Shown here: positions 32,135-33,879 of the stretch, piece after piece
How positions within the stretch are numbered: the first letter of the stretch is position 1
Layout of the letters: the number at the start of each line of letters is the position of its first letter
Virus record (IMG/VR): IMGVR_UViG_3300033183_000115
Coordinates: 1-33,879 of that record
DNA: 33,879 nucleotides
Reading direction: 5' to 3' (one strand)
Source: a virus
Program-made: the position numbers and the translations under genes
Notes under the pieces: generated by a model
Told to the model about the DNA's origin: nothing
Databases searched by the model: none
The model's input: the letters and a program-made list of their open reading frames with translations, nothing else

Positions 32135-32544
32135 CGCCTCATCTCCAGAATGACGTCAACCGCCTTAGCCCAGCTATCAGCCTCTGCTTCAGGTGTGAAG
32201 CGCGACGGGGGCAGGCGCATAGAGCGTTGCCGTATTGACGTAACCGGCATGAACAAGACCCTGCGGGCATTGGGGGAAACAAGGCACAGAACATCGTAGT
32301 CACTCGGTTTTGGTAAATGTTTCGTCTTACAGCCGTGGCCAAGCTGGAAATGGTGACGCGGAGATCGACCATCCGCAGCGCTAAGTAAACTCGCAGTCTT
32401 TGCCTGCACTCGAATAAACGTGTCATTTTGCCAAGCCACCATATCGACCCTGTCTTGCTGCGCCATAGACACGCGCCAGCCAAGGCCAAGGATTGCGGCT
32501 GCGGCGATATATTCGCCAATCAGCCCGGTTGTTGTTTCGCTCAT
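32131..32544 (-). CDS. PD-(D/E)XK-fold nuclease-like protein (137 aa; Hjc/YraN-like pattern)
   Basis: I trimmed the track ORF 32131..32748 to the ATG at 32544 (TAATG overlap). GLIGEYIAAAAILGLGWRV...DRVDMVA...IRVQAKT gives an E...D...Q-x-K arrangement. Confidence 0.45.
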   Translation of the reverse strand: MSETTTGLIGEYIAAAAILGLGWRVSMAQQDRVDMVAWQNDTFIRVQAKTASLLSAADGRSPRHHFQLGHGCKTKHLPKPSDYDVLCLVSPNARRVLFMPVTSIRQRSMRLPPSRFTPEAEADSWAKAVDVILEMRR

Positions 32545-33041
32545 TACATGATCGTTGCTGTTGCTACCCCGACCATCATAGCAATAATAATCGCCACGGC
32601 TAGTGCCACTACACCAGCCACGATCACAAACATTTTGACGTTTTCCATAAACTCGTCGTGCCGCATTTGTGCCTCTTTCCGCGCCTTGGCTTGCGCCTCG
32701 CGCTGCTCTTGTATCCGCTTTTGCCGCTCGGCCAGTATGCCGGCCCAAGTGCCGTGACCGAAGCGCATGTCTACCATCGTCGCCACTTCTTGCAGCTTTT
32801 CCTGCGCCAGCCGCGCGTCGATGATTTCCTTCGCCACAGTGTCGACGCCAAACTGGTCACCCAGTCCTGTGCCGGACTTCTTGTTGCGCGCCTCCTGCAC
32901 CTGCTTTTCGCCGGCAAACAGGTTGTCGATGGCGCCGGCTATCTCGCCAATGTCTTTGGCGGTGCTGATGTTGCTCTTGATAAACTCGACGCTCTTTTGG
33001 ACCAGCGCAATGCCGGCCAACGCCGCACTAATCGGTTCCAT
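32544..33041 (-). CDS. Tail-anchored coiled-coil membrane protein (165 aa)
   Basis: Track ORF with a charged helical body and a single C-terminal TM helix (MFVIVAGVVALAVAIIIAMMVGVATATIM). Confidence 0.7.
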   Translation of the reverse strand: MEPISAALAGIALVQKSVEFIKSNISTAKDIGEIAGAIDNLFAGEKQVQEARNKKSGTGLGDQFGVDTVAKEIIDARLAQEKLQEVATMVDMRFGHGTWAGILAERQKRIQEQREAQAKARKEAQMRHDEFMENVKMFVIVAGVVALAVAIIIAMMVGVATATIM

Positions 33042-33044
33042 AGC

Positions 33045-33224
33045 CTACCTCGGCACTGGTTTGCAGATAGCGACCATTCTAACACGGTTCTCGTCCGTTG
33101 TCGGCACCGAAGGCTGGTGGCTCAATCTCTCGGCGAAATAAAGGCAGCGGTCGATGTCGTTAAACCTCTGCGTCTGGTCCACTATCTGACTGCCCAGATA
33201 GACCACTAATAGAAACTGTATCAT
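33045..33224 (-). CDS. Small protein with a hydrophobic N-terminus (59 aa; MIQFLLVVYLGSQIVDQ...)
   Basis: One codon short of the track cutoff. The ATG at 33224 forms an ATGA overlap with the upstream stop. Confidence 0.5.
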   Translation of the reverse strand: MIQFLLVVYLGSQIVDQTQRFNDIDRCLYFAERLSHQPSVPTTDENRVRMVAICKPVPR

Positions 33225-33415
33225 GTGCCGGTCGGTAGCTTCAGGCCGCTTTCATAGCACCGGGCCTCCCAGTCCAGTATCTTGCCAGCTATCTGCATCT
33301 GCTGGTAGGCGGTCACGACCTTATCGTGGTCAGGGCAGGTTTCCACTGGGCCTGCATTAACGTGCGGCTGTCCATTGGGCAGAATAACGACCACAACGAA
33401 CAGCAGGACTTTCAT
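33221..33415 (-). CDS. Small protein with a signal-peptide-like N-terminus (64 aa; MKVLLFVVVVILPNGQ...)
   Basis: Track ORF with ATGA overlaps on both sides. Confidence 0.65.
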   Translation of the reverse strand: MKVLLFVVVVILPNGQPHVNAGPVETCPDHDKVVTAYQQMQIAGKILDWEARCYESGLKLPTGT

Positions 33416-33582
33416 TTGATGAACCGTTTATACAGGGCTTGCACCGTGTTGGTTTCCCAAATGCGGATGATGACCCAAATGCCAGTAAACAAAGCCACTA
33501 TGTCAGGGAACATACCGACCCAAGCCGCGAATGTGCTGGTGCCTGCAACCGCGTCAATGATGACCTTGTTTTCTTCGCTCAT
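33412..33582 (-). CDS. Small membrane protein (56 aa; MSEENKVIIDAVAGTSTFAAWVGMFPDIVALFTGIWVIIRIWETNTVQALYKRFIK)
   Basis: Not in the track because it is under 60 aa. It has ATGA overlaps on both sides and a long hydrophobic stretch. Confidence 0.55.
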   Translation of the reverse strand: MSEENKVIIDAVAGTSTFAAWVGMFPDIVALFTGIWVIIRIWETNTVQALYKRFIK

Positions 33583-33764
33583 CAATCAGCATCCTGTATG
33601 GTCAACTCGCCAGCCTCTACTTGCCGCATGATTTCTGCGTAGTCCCTGTTTTCAGGATTGATGGGGGCAACGGCTACTTCACCGTTCACTACAAACCTGA
33701 TACCTGACGTTTGCTTGGAGCCATCTAGGTTTTGTATCTCAACATATTGTGCTTCAGTAATCAT
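33582..33764 (-). CDS. Hypothetical protein (60 aa) immediately downstream of fibre B
   Basis: Track ORF. Its ATG at 33764 overlaps the TGA of fibre B (ATGA). Confidence 0.65.
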   Translation of the reverse strand: MITEAQYVEIQNLDGSKQTSGIRFVVNGEVAVAPINPENRDYAEIMRQVEAGELTIQDAD

Positions 33765-33879
33765 AGTTCCGCATCCGCTTTGATAGAAATAGCTGAGTTC
33801 AACATCATCGTACCACGCCTAGCATCCCCACTAACGGAGGCATGATTAGATGTGCTAAAGCGTCCACCATTGTGGGCAA
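33761..33879 (-). CDS. Tail fibre B, 3' end (33830..33879 duplicates nt 1..50)
   Basis: Continuing the nt 1..1293 frame through the repeat gives ...HASVS-GDARRGTMMLNSAISIKADAEL-stop, with the TGA at 33763..33761. Confidence 0.8.
   Translation of the reverse strand, partial: AHNGGRFSTSNHASVSGDARRGTMMLNSAISIKADAEL
33830..33879. repeat. Exact 50-nt terminal direct repeat, copy 2
   Basis: Identical to nt 1..50. Confidence 0.95.

Noticed and set aside
33045-33415. The two small signal-peptide-like proteins as an o-spanin/i-spanin pair, and the 165-aa protein as a u-spanin.
   Set aside because: No lipobox with an invariant Cys follows the hydrophobic N-termini. The 165-aa protein has ALAGIA, not a lipobox Cys, and its TM helix is C-terminal. 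None of the topologies matches known spanin classes.
1-33879. tRNA genes, CRISPR arrays, an integrase with att sites, a DNA polymerase and transposable elements.
   Set aside because: None was recognised. All non-coding gaps are 234 nt or shorter and lack cloverleaf-like or spacer-repeat structure. No ORF shows tyrosine- or serine-recombinase, polymerase or transposase motifs by eye. Sensitive tools (tRNAscan, HMM searches) would be needed to confirm their absence.

Overview
The window is an essentially complete, circularly closed dsDNA tailed-phage genome of about 33.83 kb. Its first 50 nt recur exactly at 33830..33879, and a tail-fibre gene reads cleanly through that junction. Gene order is podovirus-like (P22-like): terS, terL, portal, scaffold, major capsid, adaptor/tail hub, three ejection-like proteins, then two tail fibres.

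Two transcription blocks diverge from a control region at 27115..27348 and converge on terminators near 30870..30905.
- The long minus-strand block runs: RHH regulator, two PD-(D/E)XK nucleases, an SSB-like protein, a Toprim/RepA-type primase-helicase, small Zn-ribbon genes, terS, terL, an 893-aa protein, six Lys/Arg-rich mini-proteins and portal. It continues with a HlyC-like acyltransferase, a 390-aa Gly-rich protein, scaffold, MCP, tail and ejection proteins and fibres A and B. After the junction come small membrane proteins, another PD-(D/E)XK nuclease, a T4-type lysozyme and holins.
- The short plus-strand block (27349..30867) carries a YqaJ-type exonuclease, a LexA-like wHTH protein and small unknown genes.

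About 20 gene junctions are TAATG or ATGA start/stop overlaps. I used that pattern to call several ORFs under 60 aa that are missing from the ORF track, and to trim 5' extensions of track ORFs.

I recognised no DNA polymerase, integrase, tRNA, rRNA or CRISPR array.

The most notable observation is a homologue of the RTX-toxin-activating lysine acyltransferases (HlyC/CyaC family). It is AT-rich, lies inside the head-morphogenesis operon, is coupled to the portal gene, and overlaps a Gly-rich 390-aa protein. Six Lys-rich mini-proteins lie just upstream of the portal.

All family assignments come from by-eye motif recognition and need profile or structure searches to confirm.
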